Under the pieces are notes generated by a model. That model was not told the origin of the DNA and searched no databases. It saw nothing but the letters and a program-made list of their open reading frames with translations. Shown in pieces: positions 10,686 to 20,294 of a stretch of DNA of 45,905 nucleotides. Origin of the DNA: Desulfobacterales bacterium (GTDB taxonomy: Bacteria; Desulfobacterota; Desulfobacteria; Desulfobacterales; JAFDMD01); NCBI GenBank assembly GCA_029939135.1, contig JAOZTP010000001.1, positions 1-45,905 of the forward strand, in the 5' to 3' direction. The position numbers were made by a program, and so were the translations under genes. Numbering within the stretch: the stretch's first letter is position 1; each line of letters begins with the position of its first letter.

Positions 10686-12545
10686 ATGTCATATTTTCAA
10701 AATACAGTAGTTTATATTGAAGGTAATGAAAAGTTAAGAACCCCGCAGATTGAAGCTTATATTAACATTAAAGAATTCTTTAGAAAAAAACCTAATGGAG
10801 AGGCTCTTGTTGTTTTACCTACAGGTACAGGAAAAAGCGGTCTTATTTCTATAGCGCCTTTTGGAGTGGCAAATGGAAGAGTATTAGTTATAACTCCGGG
10901 CATAGTAACTAAAAAAAGCGTCATAAAAGCACTACATCCTTTGGAAGATAATTTTTGGGTTAATCGTGATGTATTATTTAATCCTAAAGATATTCCTGTC
11001 GTAGAAGAATATGAACCTGATATTCTTGATTCTCATCTTGAAAAATGCAACTTTGTAATAACTAATGTTCACAAACTTCAAGAAGGTAAAAAATCATCTT
11101 TATTAGAGAGAGTAAAATCAGATTTTTTTGATATGATTATAGTAGATGAAGCCCATCATGCGCCTGCTGAAACGTGGCAACGTGTTTTTGAATATTTTAG
11201 TAATGCTAAAATATTACATATAACAGGCACTCCTTATAGAGGAGATTCGAAAGAAATTCCGGGAGAGCGAATTCATAATACTCCGTTATCGCAGGTTATG
11301 GCTGATAAATATGTAAAATGGTTGCGCAAAAAAAATGTTAATAGTGATGACTTGTTTTTCACATTGCCAGAAAATCCAGATAAAAAATTTTCTATAGATG
11401 AAGTGATTGGATTCAAAGATAAAGAATGGATCGAAAAGTCAATTGCTTTATCTGAAGAATGTTCTTTAGATGTTATAAGGCAAAGCATAACAGAGTTAAA
11501 ACAACTCAAAGAAACATCTCCTAATGTTCCGCATAAAATTTTAGCCGTAGCTTGCAGCATTAAACATGCCGAAGATGTATGTAAATGGTATGAAAAACAA
11601 AACATGAAGACAGTTTTAGTTCATAGTGGTATGAGAAACGAGTTAATAGAAAAAAATTTAAGGCAAATAGATAATAACGAATGCCAAGTGGTTGTTTCTG
11701 TAAATATGCTTATGGAAGGATATGATCATAAATATTTAACCGTACTCTCAATTTTCAGACCTTATAGAAGCCTAAACGCTTTTGCTCAGGTAGTAGGACG
11801 AATATTACGAGCTATTCCTGACGAAGAGATAACTAATTTTGCTATTGATAACAACGCTGTCGTAATATTCCATAAAGAAATCGGATTAGATGCTATGTGG
11901 ATGGAATTTCAAAAAGAAGTAGAGCGAGCTAACAAACTTATAAATATAAGAGATTATACTTTTTTAGATCGAGAATATGAAAATAGAAAAACAGAATATG
12001 GAACTATTGATAAGGTTGATGACTATTTTGTTGAGAATGAGGATTCATATCTTTTAGCTATGGATTTTAACAAATTATTTCAAGAAGCACGAACTAACAT
12101 TGATGACAAAACAGATATTGAATTTAATAAGGTTAAAAACCAATTAGGATTAAGTGAAGAGGGATTAGAGGATGTAAAGAAAGTAATTCGCAAAGATTTA
12201 ACATCAAAAAATACATCAGAATTAAATAAAATGCTTATTGAAAAACGCCCTGCAATGGCGAGGGCACAATATAGAAAAATATTAAAAGAAAAGTCGGATG
12301 AGGTGGCTTTAGAGCTTCTTGAAGAAAAGGGAATTGACCCTATAGCAACTAATTTATTTGATAAGTTTAATAAATTAATTTATAAACTCCAAAATAATAC
12401 GACTAACGTTGGTATAATAGTTAGGTATATAAATGATAAACTTCGTAACAAATTTGGTCCCGTTGATAAAAGAGAATTAGAAACTTTATCTTTGTCATTC
12501 GAGTATATCAAAAATATTATAGAAGAATTAAGGAGGATGATATGA
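10686..12545 (+). CDS. SF2 (ResIII/DEAH-type) helicase with an about 200-aa uncharacterised C-terminal extension
   Basis: Motif I VVLPTGTGKSG, motif II IIVDEAHHAP, motif III ITGTPYR, motif VI FAQVVGRILR. I recognised no nuclease or methylase motif. Confidence 0.8.
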   Translation: MSYFQNTVVYIEGNEKLRTPQIEAYINIKEFFRKKPNGEALVVLPTGTGKSGLISIAPFGVANGRVLVITPGIVTKKSVIKALHPLEDNFWVNRDVLFNPKDIPVVEEYEPDILDSHLEKCNFVITNVHKLQEGKKSSLLERVKSDFFDMIIVDEAHHAPAETWQRVFEYFSNAKILHITGTPYRGDSKEIPGERIHNTPLSQVMADKYVKWLRKKNVNSDDLFFTLPENPDKKFSIDEVIGFKDKEWIEKSIALSEECSLDVIRQSITELKQLKETSPNVPHKILAVACSIKHAEDVCKWYEKQNMKTVLVHSGMRNELIEKNLRQIDNNECQVVVSVNMLMEGYDHKYLTVLSIFRPYRSLNAFAQVVGRILRAIPDEEITNFAIDNNAVVIFHKEIGLDAMWMEFQKEVERANKLINIRDYTFLDREYENRKTEYGTIDKVDDYFVENEDSYLLAMDFNKLFQEARTNIDDKTDIEFNKVKNQLGLSEEGLEDVKKVIRKDLTSKNTSELNKMLIEKRPAMARAQYRKILKEKSDEVALELLEEKGIDPIATNLFDKFNKLIYKLQNNTTNVGIIVRYINDKLRNKFGPVDKRELETLSLSFEYIKNIIEELRRMI

Positions 12546-12964
12546 AAGACCATGATATTTTAAAAGAAAAAATGGATAAATTAATAAATATAATGCTTGT
12601 AGACGGAGTTCAGCCATCTGACCTTGCAGATAATATTTTTCAGAAGCCGTATAAAAAAATAACTATTATAAATAAAAAAGATTTCTTTTATTTAGATTTA
12701 GTATTTGAGGAAGATATAGATGATAAAATAGTTAAAACTACGCTTCGTTATACTTATAATAATGATAAAAAATTAATCAGAATAGAACTAATTAATGGTA
12801 AAACCAAAAAGGTTGAGTGGGATAGGGACAGCACAGTTACTCAATTAATTAGAGAAATCATAAATATATTAAACAATGATAAAAACAATCGACGCGTTCT
12901 TGATTTTATTAATTCTTTACCTGAATATTGGCAACAGAAATTTTCCTGTCAAAAAGTAGCTTAA
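12542..12964 (+). CDS. Hypothetical 140-aa protein, translationally coupled to the helicase
   Basis: The start overlaps the helicase stop (ATGA at 12542..12545). No recognisable motif. The call rests on the coupling and on an open frame in AT-rich DNA. Confidence 0.5.
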   Translation: MKDHDILKEKMDKLINIMLVDGVQPSDLADNIFQKPYKKITIINKKDFFYLDLVFEEDIDDKIVKTTLRYTYNNDKKLIRIELINGKTKKVEWDRDSTVTQLIREIINILNNDKNNRRVLDFINSLPEYWQQKFSCQKVA

Positions 12965-13077
12965 TTAAAATTCAATACGGATTATATTGATAGATTATCA
13001 TTAATAATTGTGGGATTAATTAAGTAACAAGACAACAAAGTTTGGTCTTTTTTATTGTTTTTGTAACCCCACGTTAT

Positions 13078-13105
13078 GTAGAGACGTTGCTTGCAACGTC
13101 TCTAC
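13078..13105. terminator. Perfect 12-bp hairpin (GTAGAGACGTTG-CTTG-CAACGTCTCTAC), member of a two-copy hairpin family
   Basis: Lies 7 nt beyond the kinase stop and downstream of the helicase module. The same core recurs at 41075..41116. Confidence 0.5.
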
Positions 13106-13111
13106 TGCTGT

Positions 13112-14518
13112 TTAAAGATTTGCGGGCAGATAAATCGTAAATACCGTTCCCTCTCCTTTTTTGCTTTTAACCTCTATTTTTCCGTTATGCGTCTCTATTA
13201 TATTGTGAACGTTTGCAAGCCCGATGCCTTTTCCCCAAGCTTTTGTGGTAAAATACGGATCAAAAATATGAGGCATATTTTTTTTATCCATACCTTCGCC
13301 GGTATCGGATACTATTATTTCTATTCCGTCTCTTTTTTTATGATTTCTGCATGCTATTTTTATCAAATCATCCTTTTTACATACGTCAATGGCGTTTAAA
13401 TAAAGATTTAATAAAACCTGCGTTATTTTATCCGAATCTGCATTTACGGTTTTAAGATTTTTTTCAAATTCGGTTTGAACGATTATAAATTTTTTTGCGG
13501 CTTTATTTTCTATAAGTTTTAAGGAGTTTAATACAATAGTTTTAATATCGACCAAATTTTTATAAAGCTTTACGGGAACCGAAAACTCAAGAAGCTCTCC
13601 TACTACCCTATTTACCCTTTCCACCTCGTTTGACATAATTTCGGCAATATTGCGTTCCTTTTCCGAATTAAATTTTTTTTCTTTAAAATATGTGGCAAAA
13701 CCTTTAATTGAGCTTAAAGGATTTCTTATTTCATGGGCTACTCCGGCTGCAAGCTTTCCTATGGAAGCAAGACGCCGGGCTTCCGCTATCTCTTTTTTCA
13801 GCATAGCGTTAGCGTTGCGATAACCGAGAGTAATAAAAAGAGATAGTATGCCGGATAGACTGATAAGAAAAAATATAACGCCTCTGCCGATTGCATAACG
13901 AATTTTATTCGCCCTGCTTTTTTCAAATGCGGATATGTCAAAACCTGCAAATATAATTTGTTTACGTAAATAGTTTTCTTTTCCCTTAAAACCCAAAGTA
14001 GGCGGTACACAAGAACTATTCCGCTTTATATTATGTCGGTTTTGATAAAAGCATGAAGGAGACAATACTCTGAATACTTCAAATATTTTATTGTTTTTTT
14101 GCGTTATAATTTTACGCCATTTTAAATCTCTAATATTAATTTTATCCGAAAAAATATCCTTTTTATCTATATGTTTTTTTCCTATAAAAGCGGGGTTGCT
14201 ATGAGCTATAATTTTTCCGCTTATATCAGTTACGGCAAGATATGCTATATCGGACTGTTTTACTATTTCCGACATAAGCGTCTGCCTTTCTTGAATCCCC
14301 CAATTCATGCCGCCTATTCCCGCCATAGTTCCGGCTTCAAAGGTTTTTATTATTGCGGCGCCTTTTCCTAACATAAGATAGTTAAAATTTACTCTGTATT
14401 CCTTTATATTGTTCATAGTAATAAAGGAGAAAATTGGCAAAAGTATAACCGCCGATCCTATAAAAATCCACGGAGGAATTAAACTGCTTATATTTTTATT
14501 TTTAATTTTTTTTAACAT
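13112..14518 (-). CDS. Membrane sensor histidine kinase (ZraS/AtoS-like)
   Basis: Two hydrophobic segments flank a periplasmic-size domain. H-box AAGVAHEIRNPLSSIKGF. HATPase_c motifs LNLYLNAID, DTGEGM, GKGIGL. Confidence 0.85.
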   Translation of the reverse strand: MLKKIKNKNISSLIPPWIFIGSAVILLPIFSFITMNNIKEYRVNFNYLMLGKGAAIIKTFEAGTMAGIGGMNWGIQERQTLMSEIVKQSDIAYLAVTDISGKIIAHSNPAFIGKKHIDKKDIFSDKINIRDLKWRKIITQKNNKIFEVFRVLSPSCFYQNRHNIKRNSSCVPPTLGFKGKENYLRKQIIFAGFDISAFEKSRANKIRYAIGRGVIFFLISLSGILSLFITLGYRNANAMLKKEIAEARRLASIGKLAAGVAHEIRNPLSSIKGFATYFKEKKFNSEKERNIAEIMSNEVERVNRVVGELLEFSVPVKLYKNLVDIKTIVLNSLKLIENKAAKKFIIVQTEFEKNLKTVNADSDKITQVLLNLYLNAIDVCKKDDLIKIACRNHKKRDGIEIIVSDTGEGMDKKNMPHIFDPYFTTKAWGKGIGLANVHNIIETHNGKIEVKSKKGEGTVFTIYLPANL

Positions 14519-14806
14519 ACAAATTTTTTATTATTAAATAAAAAAGAAATTTTTCAATTAGCTCGACATTATATATTTTTTATTTCTGCCGAATATTTTT
14601 TAGGCTGCAATAAAAATATAGCCGGAGCAAACAAACTTTAAACATCTATCGCTCGAATATAATTGGAGCAAATTATTATAACAAATTAAGAATATAACGG
14701 GAAACCATTATTTATATAAGGTATTAGCAAATAATATGCTATCCTGTTTTATAATTTTTTTTATTGTTGCGTTTTTCAAAATAACAAATAAGAAAAAGCG
14801 CTTCTT

Positions 14807-14833
14807 ATCCTTATCAAATCATATGATAAGGAT
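14807..14833. promoter_or_regulatory. 10-bp perfect inverted repeat ATCCTTATCA-N7-TGATAAGGAT (candidate regulator or enhancer-binding site)
   Basis: Seen directly. It lies about 240 bp upstream of the sigma-54-like promoter in the 724-bp kinase/zraP-like intergenic region. Confidence 0.3.
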
Positions 14834-15073
14834 TGTTTATTTTTTTATTCCTGTTTTTAAGGAAATGCAATGGGCTTTTTTACGTCCGAATTATATACGG
14901 GTAATTTTTACTCAATATTAATTTTGGCATATGCAAAGCGCGTAAAATTTACCCGATATTTTTTTAAGGGAAACTATCATTTTTTTATCTTTTTGAGTAT
15001 AAACTGTAGGCATAGGCGTTTTTATGTTGAAATTCACATAAAAAAACATATATTTTTATCAAATTTTTGTACC

Positions 15074-15089
15074 TGGCGCTTTATTTGCT
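15074..15089 (+). promoter_or_regulatory. Sigma-54 (-24/-12) promoter candidate
   Basis: TGGCGCTTTATTTGCT against consensus TGGCACG-N4-TTGCW. GG and GC are separated by exactly 10 nt. It lies about 155 nt upstream of the ATG at 15243. Confidence 0.5.
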
Positions 15090-15242
15090 AAACCTAATAG
15101 TAAATAGCAATTTTGCTTTTTAAGAAATGAAAATGTTTTTTTATAAAAAGATTCTCGCGCAACAAAGGATTTTGTTTATTTGCAAAGAGCGAAAAAACAA
15201 GCAAAATAAGAGGTTGGGCGGGGTCTTGAAAAGGAGGAGACA

Positions 15243-15437
15243 ATGAAAAGGTTATTAATAGTTTCAATTGTATTGGCGGTAATAGGGCTGAGCGCAAACG
15301 GATTCGCCGGCAACGGACATGGAGCGGGACAAGGCGCAGGAGCAGGAAAAGGACAGGGAGGCACAGGGCAAGGTTTAGGACCCGGGCAAGGTTTGGGGGA
15401 CGGTTCGGGAGATCATACGGGAACTTGCAAAAAATAA
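15243..15437 (+). CDS. Secreted Gly-rich mini-protein (64 aa), signal-peptide paralog of the next gene
   Basis: The RBS and spacer AGGAGGAGACAATG is identical to that of the next gene. The first ~22 codons are near-identical in nucleotide sequence to 15481ff. Predicted mature part: GNGHGAGQGAGAGKGQGGTGQGLGPGQGLGDGSGDHTGTCKK. Confidence 0.5.
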   Translation: MKRLLIVSIVLAVIGLSANGFAGNGHGAGQGAGAGKGQGGTGQGLGPGQGLGDGSGDHTGTCKK

Positions 15438-15480
15438 TACAACATTTTAATAATAAAATATTAATTTATAGGAGGAGACA

Positions 15481-15969
15481 ATGAAAAAGTTATTAATAGT
15501 TTCAATTATATTGGCAATAATAGGATTGGGCGCAAACGGATTCGCTCAAATGGGCATGGGACATGGCAAAGGTATGGGTATGATGCAGAATGGCGCTTAT
15601 AAAACAATACCTTGGTTTACCGCATTGACGTCCGAAAAGCAGACCGCAGTGCAAAAAATTATGGATAATAACACAAAAGATATAACAGCGTTAAAACTTA
15701 AAATGAGCGAAAAAAAAGCAAGACTTGATACGATGTTGTTTGAAGACGGAACCTCGCAAAAGGATATTGATAAGGTTGTGTCCGAAATTAACGCTATTAG
15801 AAGCAAGTTGTATCAAAAAAATATAAATGTGAGCATAGCCTTAAAAAAGGCGGGCGTTCCTCATCCCTTTTATAATCGCTCGATGGGCGGCGGCTGCTGC
15901 GGCAAAAAAGCCGGCATGGGTATGATGAAAAAGATGAAAAATTGCCCTACGATGCCTGCAGGCAAATAG
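15481..15969 (+). CDS. Periplasmic Spy/CpxP/ZraP-family protein (heavy-metal or envelope-stress associated)
   Basis: Signal peptide, then an MGMGHGKGMGMM metal-type N-terminal stretch, a helical core, and a C-terminal MGGGCCGKKAGMGMMKKMKNC. Architecture resembles E. coli ZraP. It is divergent from a ZraS-like kinase. Confidence 0.6.
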   Translation: MKKLLIVSIILAIIGLGANGFAQMGMGHGKGMGMMQNGAYKTIPWFTALTSEKQTAVQKIMDNNTKDITALKLKMSEKKARLDTMLFEDGTSQKDIDKVVSEINAIRSKLYQKNINVSIALKKAGVPHPFYNRSMGGGCCGKKAGMGMMKKMKNCPTMPAGK

Positions 15970-16032
15970 AATTATCGCCATAAATAATTTTTTTAACTTA
16001 AATTACGGTTATAGAGATTTACTCATAGCTTG

Positions 16033-16083
16033 AAAAAGGGTTGCGGAAAAGGAGAAACATCTTTTTTCCCGCAATCCTTTTTA
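16033..16083 (+). terminator. Imperfect hairpin followed by a T-run, downstream of the zraP-like gene
   Basis: AAAAAGGGTTGCGG...CCGCAATCCTTTTT. Confidence 0.4.
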
Positions 16084-16292
16084 AGACCTTCAACTTAAAA
16101 AATATAAAAGCGCCAGCCGAAATTATAAGCCTATTTTTGTCTAACTAATCAAGAAATCCCTTTATTTTTAAGGCATGCGAGAATTTTAATCGCATACTTA
16201 TTAAATATAAGTTGAGGATTAAATTTTGAGTATAATGTAGATAAGATATACAATAAGAGGTTATGCGACGCTTTAAAAAAAAGGAGGCAAAA

Positions 16293-17405
16293 ATGATTAT
16301 AGGAATTTTAAAAGAGATTAAAGAAAAAGAAAATAGGGTTTCTATGACTCCGGCGGGAGCAGGTTTAATGAAACAAAACGGGCATACGATTTTGGCGGAA
16401 AAAAATGCGGGTAAAGGAAGCGGATTTGAGGACGCCGAATATATTAAATGCGGTGCAGAAATAGTAGCTGAGGCAAAAGATGTTTTTGCTCGCGCCGATA
16501 TGATAATGCATGTAAAAGAACCCCTGCCGCAAGAGTATGATTTAATCAAAAAAGACCAAATAGTATTTACTTTTTTACATCTTGCGGCAGAAAAAAAACT
16601 TACCCAAGCTCTTATAAAAAACGGTTCTATAAATATTGCTTACGAAACAATTCAAAAAAAAGACGGCTCCTTGCCTTTATTAAAACCTATGAGCGAAATT
16701 GCCGGCAGAATGTCAATTCATCAGGCGGCAAAATATCTTGAAACCTCTTACGGAGGCTCCGGCGTTTTAATTGGCGGCGTTCCAGGAGTTAAGCCTGCTA
16801 CCGTGTTAATAGTCGGAGGCGGAACCGTAGGTATAAACGCCGCAAAAATGGCTTGCGGACTCGGCGCTTTGGTATATATTTTCGATAAAAATCAGGAACG
16901 CTTAAGATATTTAAACGACGTTATGCCTTCCAACTGCTTTACCCTTATGTTTGATCCGATTAATTTTGAAAAATTTTTTAAAAAAGCAGACGTGATAATA
17001 GGCGGGGTTCTTATACCCGGCGCAAAGGCTCCCAAGCTGATAACCCGCGACATGTTAAAACAAATGAAAAAAGGTTCCATACTAATTGACGTATCGATTG
17101 ATCAGGGCGGTTGCTTTGAAACCTCAAAACCTACTACCCATACAAATCCTATTTATATGGTTGACGGCATCCTTCATTACTGCGTGGCAAATATGCCCGG
17201 AGCCGTGGCTAAAACTTCTACGATGGCTCTTACAAACGCCACTTTGCCGTATGCTTTGGAGATTGCGAATAAAGGCTGGAGAAAAGCTATGATTGAAAAC
17301 GAAGAGATAAAAGCCGGAGCAAATATAATAAAAGGGGAGGTTACTTATAAAGGAGTGTCGGAGGCGTTCGGGATTGGTTATGCCGATATAAACGGTTTTT
17401 TATAG
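16293..17405 (+). CDS. ald: Alanine dehydrogenase
   Basis: MIIGILKEIKEKENRVSMTPAG..., NAD motif VLIVGGGTVGINAA. An AAGGAGG RBS precedes the ATG at 16293. The track ORF starts 30 nt earlier. Confidence 0.9.
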   Translation: MIIGILKEIKEKENRVSMTPAGAGLMKQNGHTILAEKNAGKGSGFEDAEYIKCGAEIVAEAKDVFARADMIMHVKEPLPQEYDLIKKDQIVFTFLHLAAEKKLTQALIKNGSINIAYETIQKKDGSLPLLKPMSEIAGRMSIHQAAKYLETSYGGSGVLIGGVPGVKPATVLIVGGGTVGINAAKMACGLGALVYIFDKNQERLRYLNDVMPSNCFTLMFDPINFEKFFKKADVIIGGVLIPGAKAPKLITRDMLKQMKKGSILIDVSIDQGGCFETSKPTTHTNPIYMVDGILHYCVANMPGAVAKTSTMALTNATLPYALEIANKGWRKAMIENEEIKAGANIIKGEVTYKGVSEAFGIGYADINGFL

Positions 17406-17705
17406 AAACAAACTTTTTTTGCTTGATTTTGGCGACGGATAACAATTTTAATCCTCGCAATGCTTGACGTTCAAATTTAATATTTTTGAATGAGAATTAT
17501 CAGGTTTTATGAGATTTCTTCTTGCTTGCGCTTTTTGACATTAAGTTTTGTTTATGCCGCAGTTCTATTCCGTTATTTTGAGCCAAGCGATAAATCTCCC
17601 TATTATTTTGACGCTCCTTCTTTTTTGCGGATATAAATAATCATGAAGGTTTATCCTTCTTGATTTTAAGCGTCGGATAAAATAGCTTGGTTTGGAAATT
17701 TTTTA

Positions 17706-17734
17706 TTGACAACAGATCGGATTACTTCTAATAA
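17706..17734 (+). promoter_or_regulatory. Sigma-70-like promoter candidate for dsrAB
   Basis: TTGACA-N17-TAATAA, about 75 nt upstream of the dsrA ATG. Confidence 0.3.
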
Positions 17735-17809
17735 AACCTATTTTAAAATAAGATAATATTCATCGTTAAGAAATATTGGTAATTTTATTAATCTAAAGGG
17801 AGGTAAATA

Positions 17810-19123
17810 ATGGCAAAACATGCAACGCCTTTGTTAGATCAGCTCGAATCGGGTCCTTGGCCCAGTTTTGTTTCGGACTTAAAACAGGAAGCTGAAGTAA
17901 GAGCAAAAAATGAAAAGGGTGTGGAGTATCAAATTCCTCAGGATGTATGCGACGACCTTTTGGGAGTAATGGAACTTTCTTTTAAACAGGGAAGAACTCA
18001 CTGGAAACATGGAGGCATCGTAGGAGTTTTCGGCTATGGCGGCGGAGTTATCGGAAGATATTGCGATCAACCGGAGATGTTTCCCGGAGTTGCTCATTTC
18101 CATACTATGCGTATAAATCAGCCGGGCGGCAAATTTTATAATACAAAATTTTTGAGAGAATTGTGCGATTTATGGGATTTAAGAGGTAGCGGACTTACTA
18201 ATATGCATGGTTCTACCGGCGATATTGTTCTGCTCGGAACAACCACTCCGCAGTTGGAAGAAATTTTTCATACCATAACTCATGATATGAATCAGGATCT
18301 CGGCGGTTCAGGCTCCAACTTAAGAACTCCTGCCGATTGTATCGGAGCGGCTCGCTGCGAGTATGCATGCTATGATACTCAGGCTTTATGTTATGACCTT
18401 ACTATGGAATATCAGGACGAACTTCATCGTCCGGCATTCCCATACAAATTTAAATTTAAATTCGACGGCTGCCCCAACTGCTGCGTAGCCTCGATTGCGC
18501 GTTCGGATATGTCTTTTATCGGAACATGGAAAGACGATATAAGAATAGACGAAAAAGCGGTAGCCGCTTATGTAGGTGGAGAAATTCCTCCTAATGCAGG
18601 CGCTCATTCCGGACGGGACTGGGGTAAATTCAATATAGTAAAAGAGGTTATCGATCTTTGTCCTACCAAGTGTATGCGTTATGAAGGCGGAAAACTTTCT
18701 ATCAATACAAAAGAATGCACGAGATGTATGCACTGCATTAATGTTATGCCTCAGGCTTTAAGAATAGGAAACGACAGAGGAGTTTCAATTCTTGTAGGCG
18801 CAAAAGCTCCTATTTTAGACGGCGCTCAAATGGGATCTCTACTTGTTCCTTTTATTAAGGTTGAAGAGCCTTATGACGAAATAAAAGAGGTTATAGAGGC
18901 TATCTGGGATTGGTGGATGGAAGAAGGCAAAAATCGCGAAAGACTCGGCGAGTTGATAAAACGACAGGGCTTCCAGAAACTGCTTGAAGCTACCGGTATT
19001 AAGCCAATGCCTCAGCATGTAAAAGAGCCGCGATCCAATCCGTATATCTTCTGGAAAGAAGAGGAAGTGGACGGCGGATGGCAGCGCGATATTAACGAAT
19101 TCAGAAAACACCATCAAAGATAG
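17810..19123 (+). CDS. dsrA: Dissimilatory sulfite reductase, alpha subunit
   Basis: N-terminus [28 protein letters not shown] is typical of DsrA. Siroheme/FeS Cys clusters and a ferredoxin-like insert [12 protein letters not shown] are present. Confidence 0.95.
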   Translation: MAKHATPLLDQLESGPWPSFVSDLKQEAEVRAKNEKGVEYQIPQDVCDDLLGVMELSFKQGRTHWKHGGIVGVFGYGGGVIGRYCDQPEMFPGVAHFHTMRINQPGGKFYNTKFLRELCDLWDLRGSGLTNMHGSTGDIVLLGTTTPQLEEIFHTITHDMNQDLGGSGSNLRTPADCIGAARCEYACYDTQALCYDLTMEYQDELHRPAFPYKFKFKFDGCPNCCVASIARSDMSFIGTWKDDIRIDEKAVAAYVGGEIPPNAGAHSGRDWGKFNIVKEVIDLCPTKCMRYEGGKLSINTKECTRCMHCINVMPQALRIGNDRGVSILVGAKAPILDGAQMGSLLVPFIKVEEPYDEIKEVIEAIWDWWMEEGKNRERLGELIKRQGFQKLLEATGIKPMPQHVKEPRSNPYIFWKEEEVDGGWQRDINEFRKHHQR

Positions 19124-19137
19124 AGGAGATAATAGAA

Positions 19138-20286
19138 ATGGCATTTATATCTTCAGGCTATAATCCTGACAAACCGATGGAAAATAGAATTACAGACATC
19201 GGACCCAAAAAATATGACGAATTTTATCCTCCGATAATCAAAGCTAATAAAGGCAAATGGAAATATCATGAGATTCTTGAGCCCGGAGTTTTGGTTCACG
19301 TATCGGAGACCGGAGATAAAGTATTTACCGTTCGGTGCGGGGGCGCTCGTCTTATGAGCATAACCCATATCCGAGAAATGTGCGATATAGCGGATAAACA
19401 CTGCGGCGGGCATCTTCGTTTTACAACCAGAAACAATATCGAATTTATGACCGATAGTCTTGATAAGGCAAACGCTTTAAAACAAGACCTTGAAAGTAGA
19501 AAATTTGCAGGCGGAAGTTTTAAGTTTCCCGTAGGCGGAACAGGCGCAGGAATTACCAATATAGTTCATACACAGGGTTGGATACACTGCCATACGCCGG
19601 CTACAGACGCATCAGGTCCGGTAAAAGCGGCTATGGACGTTTTATTCGACGATTTCAAAAGCATGAGACTACCGGCTCATCTGCGCGTATCTTTGGCATG
19701 CTGCCTTAATATGTGCGGAGCGGTTCACTGCTCCGATATAGCCATTTTGGGCTATCACAGAAAACCTCCGATGTTAGATCATGAATATCTTGATAAAATG
19801 TGCGAAATCCCTTTGGCTATCGCAGCATGTCCTACGGCTGCCATCAAACCCGCGAAAGTGGAATTGCCAAACGGAAAAACCGTAAAGAGCGTAGCGGTTA
19901 AGAATGAAAGATGTATGTTCTGCGGAAACTGCTATACAATGTGTCCGTCTATGCCATTGGCTGACGACGTAGGAGACGGTATAGTTCTTATGGTAGGCGG
20001 TAAAGTTTCAAATAGAATCAGCGCTCCTAAGTTTTCCAAAGTAGTTGTCGCTTTTATTCCAAATGAAGCTCCAAGATGGCCTACAACTACGGCAACCATT
20101 AAAAAAATCGTAGATATTTATGCAAAGGACGCTAATAAATACGAACGTCTCGGCGAATGGGCGGAAAGAATTGGATGGGAAAGATTTTTTGATAAATGCG
20201 AAATTGATTTTACGCATCATCTCATTGACGATTTTCGTGATCCTGCATATTATACTTGGAGACAAACTACACAGTTTAAATTTTAA
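19138..20286 (+). CDS. dsrB: Dissimilatory sulfite reductase, beta subunit
   Basis: [23 protein letters not shown]..., Cys clusters [18 protein letters not shown] and [12 protein letters not shown]. It immediately follows dsrA. Confidence 0.95.
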   Translation: MAFISSGYNPDKPMENRITDIGPKKYDEFYPPIIKANKGKWKYHEILEPGVLVHVSETGDKVFTVRCGGARLMSITHIREMCDIADKHCGGHLRFTTRNNIEFMTDSLDKANALKQDLESRKFAGGSFKFPVGGTGAGITNIVHTQGWIHCHTPATDASGPVKAAMDVLFDDFKSMRLPAHLRVSLACCLNMCGAVHCSDIAILGYHRKPPMLDHEYLDKMCEIPLAIAACPTAAIKPAKVELPNGKTVKSVAVKNERCMFCGNCYTMCPSMPLADDVGDGIVLMVGGKVSNRISAPKFSKVVVAFIPNEAPRWPTTTATIKKIVDIYAKDANKYERLGEWAERIGWERFFDKCEIDFTHHLIDDFRDPAYYTWRQTTQFKF

Positions 20287-20294
20287 TCATATAT

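Noticed and set aside
3-12545. The SF2 helicase (10686..12545) as the Res partner of the Mod-like methyltransferase at the window start, forming a type III R-M system.
   Set aside because: The two genes are about 9.6 kb apart. Housekeeping genes on both strands separate them (cobO, M16 peptidase, coaD, gap, recD2). Mod and Res are normally adjacent and co-oriented.
13091-13399. 102-aa plus-strand ORF and other antisense ORFs within the histidine kinase (13798..14010, 14171..14371).
   Set aside because: They fall entirely within the well-supported kinase CDS on the other strand or in another frame, and none has an RBS.
14924-14939. A second GG-N10-GC match (TGGCATATGCAAAGCG) as an alternative sigma-54 promoter.
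   Set aside because: The -12 element is AAGC rather than TTGC. The site at 15074..15089 fits the consensus much better, so this one is kept only as a weak alternative.
14736-15091. Two overlapping small ORFs (61 and 73 aa) in the 724-bp kinase/zraP-like intergenic region.
   Set aside because: They give Phe/Ile/Lys-rich translations typical of random AT-rich DNA and have no RBS. The region is better explained as regulatory (sigma-54 promoter plus inverted repeat).
15176-15364. Minus-strand 62-aa ORF rich in Pro/Ala/Cys (MPPCPFPAPAPCPAPCP...).
   Set aside because: It is the antisense shadow of the Gly-rich plus-strand gene. Only the plus-strand gene has a strong RBS and a signal peptide duplicated from the neighbouring gene.
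17406-17705. Possible decayed small gene or ncRNA in the 404-bp dsrA upstream region.
   Set aside because: Every frame on both strands is broken by stops within a few codons. I could not recognise any conserved RNA motif or repeat-family member there, so this is left unannotated.
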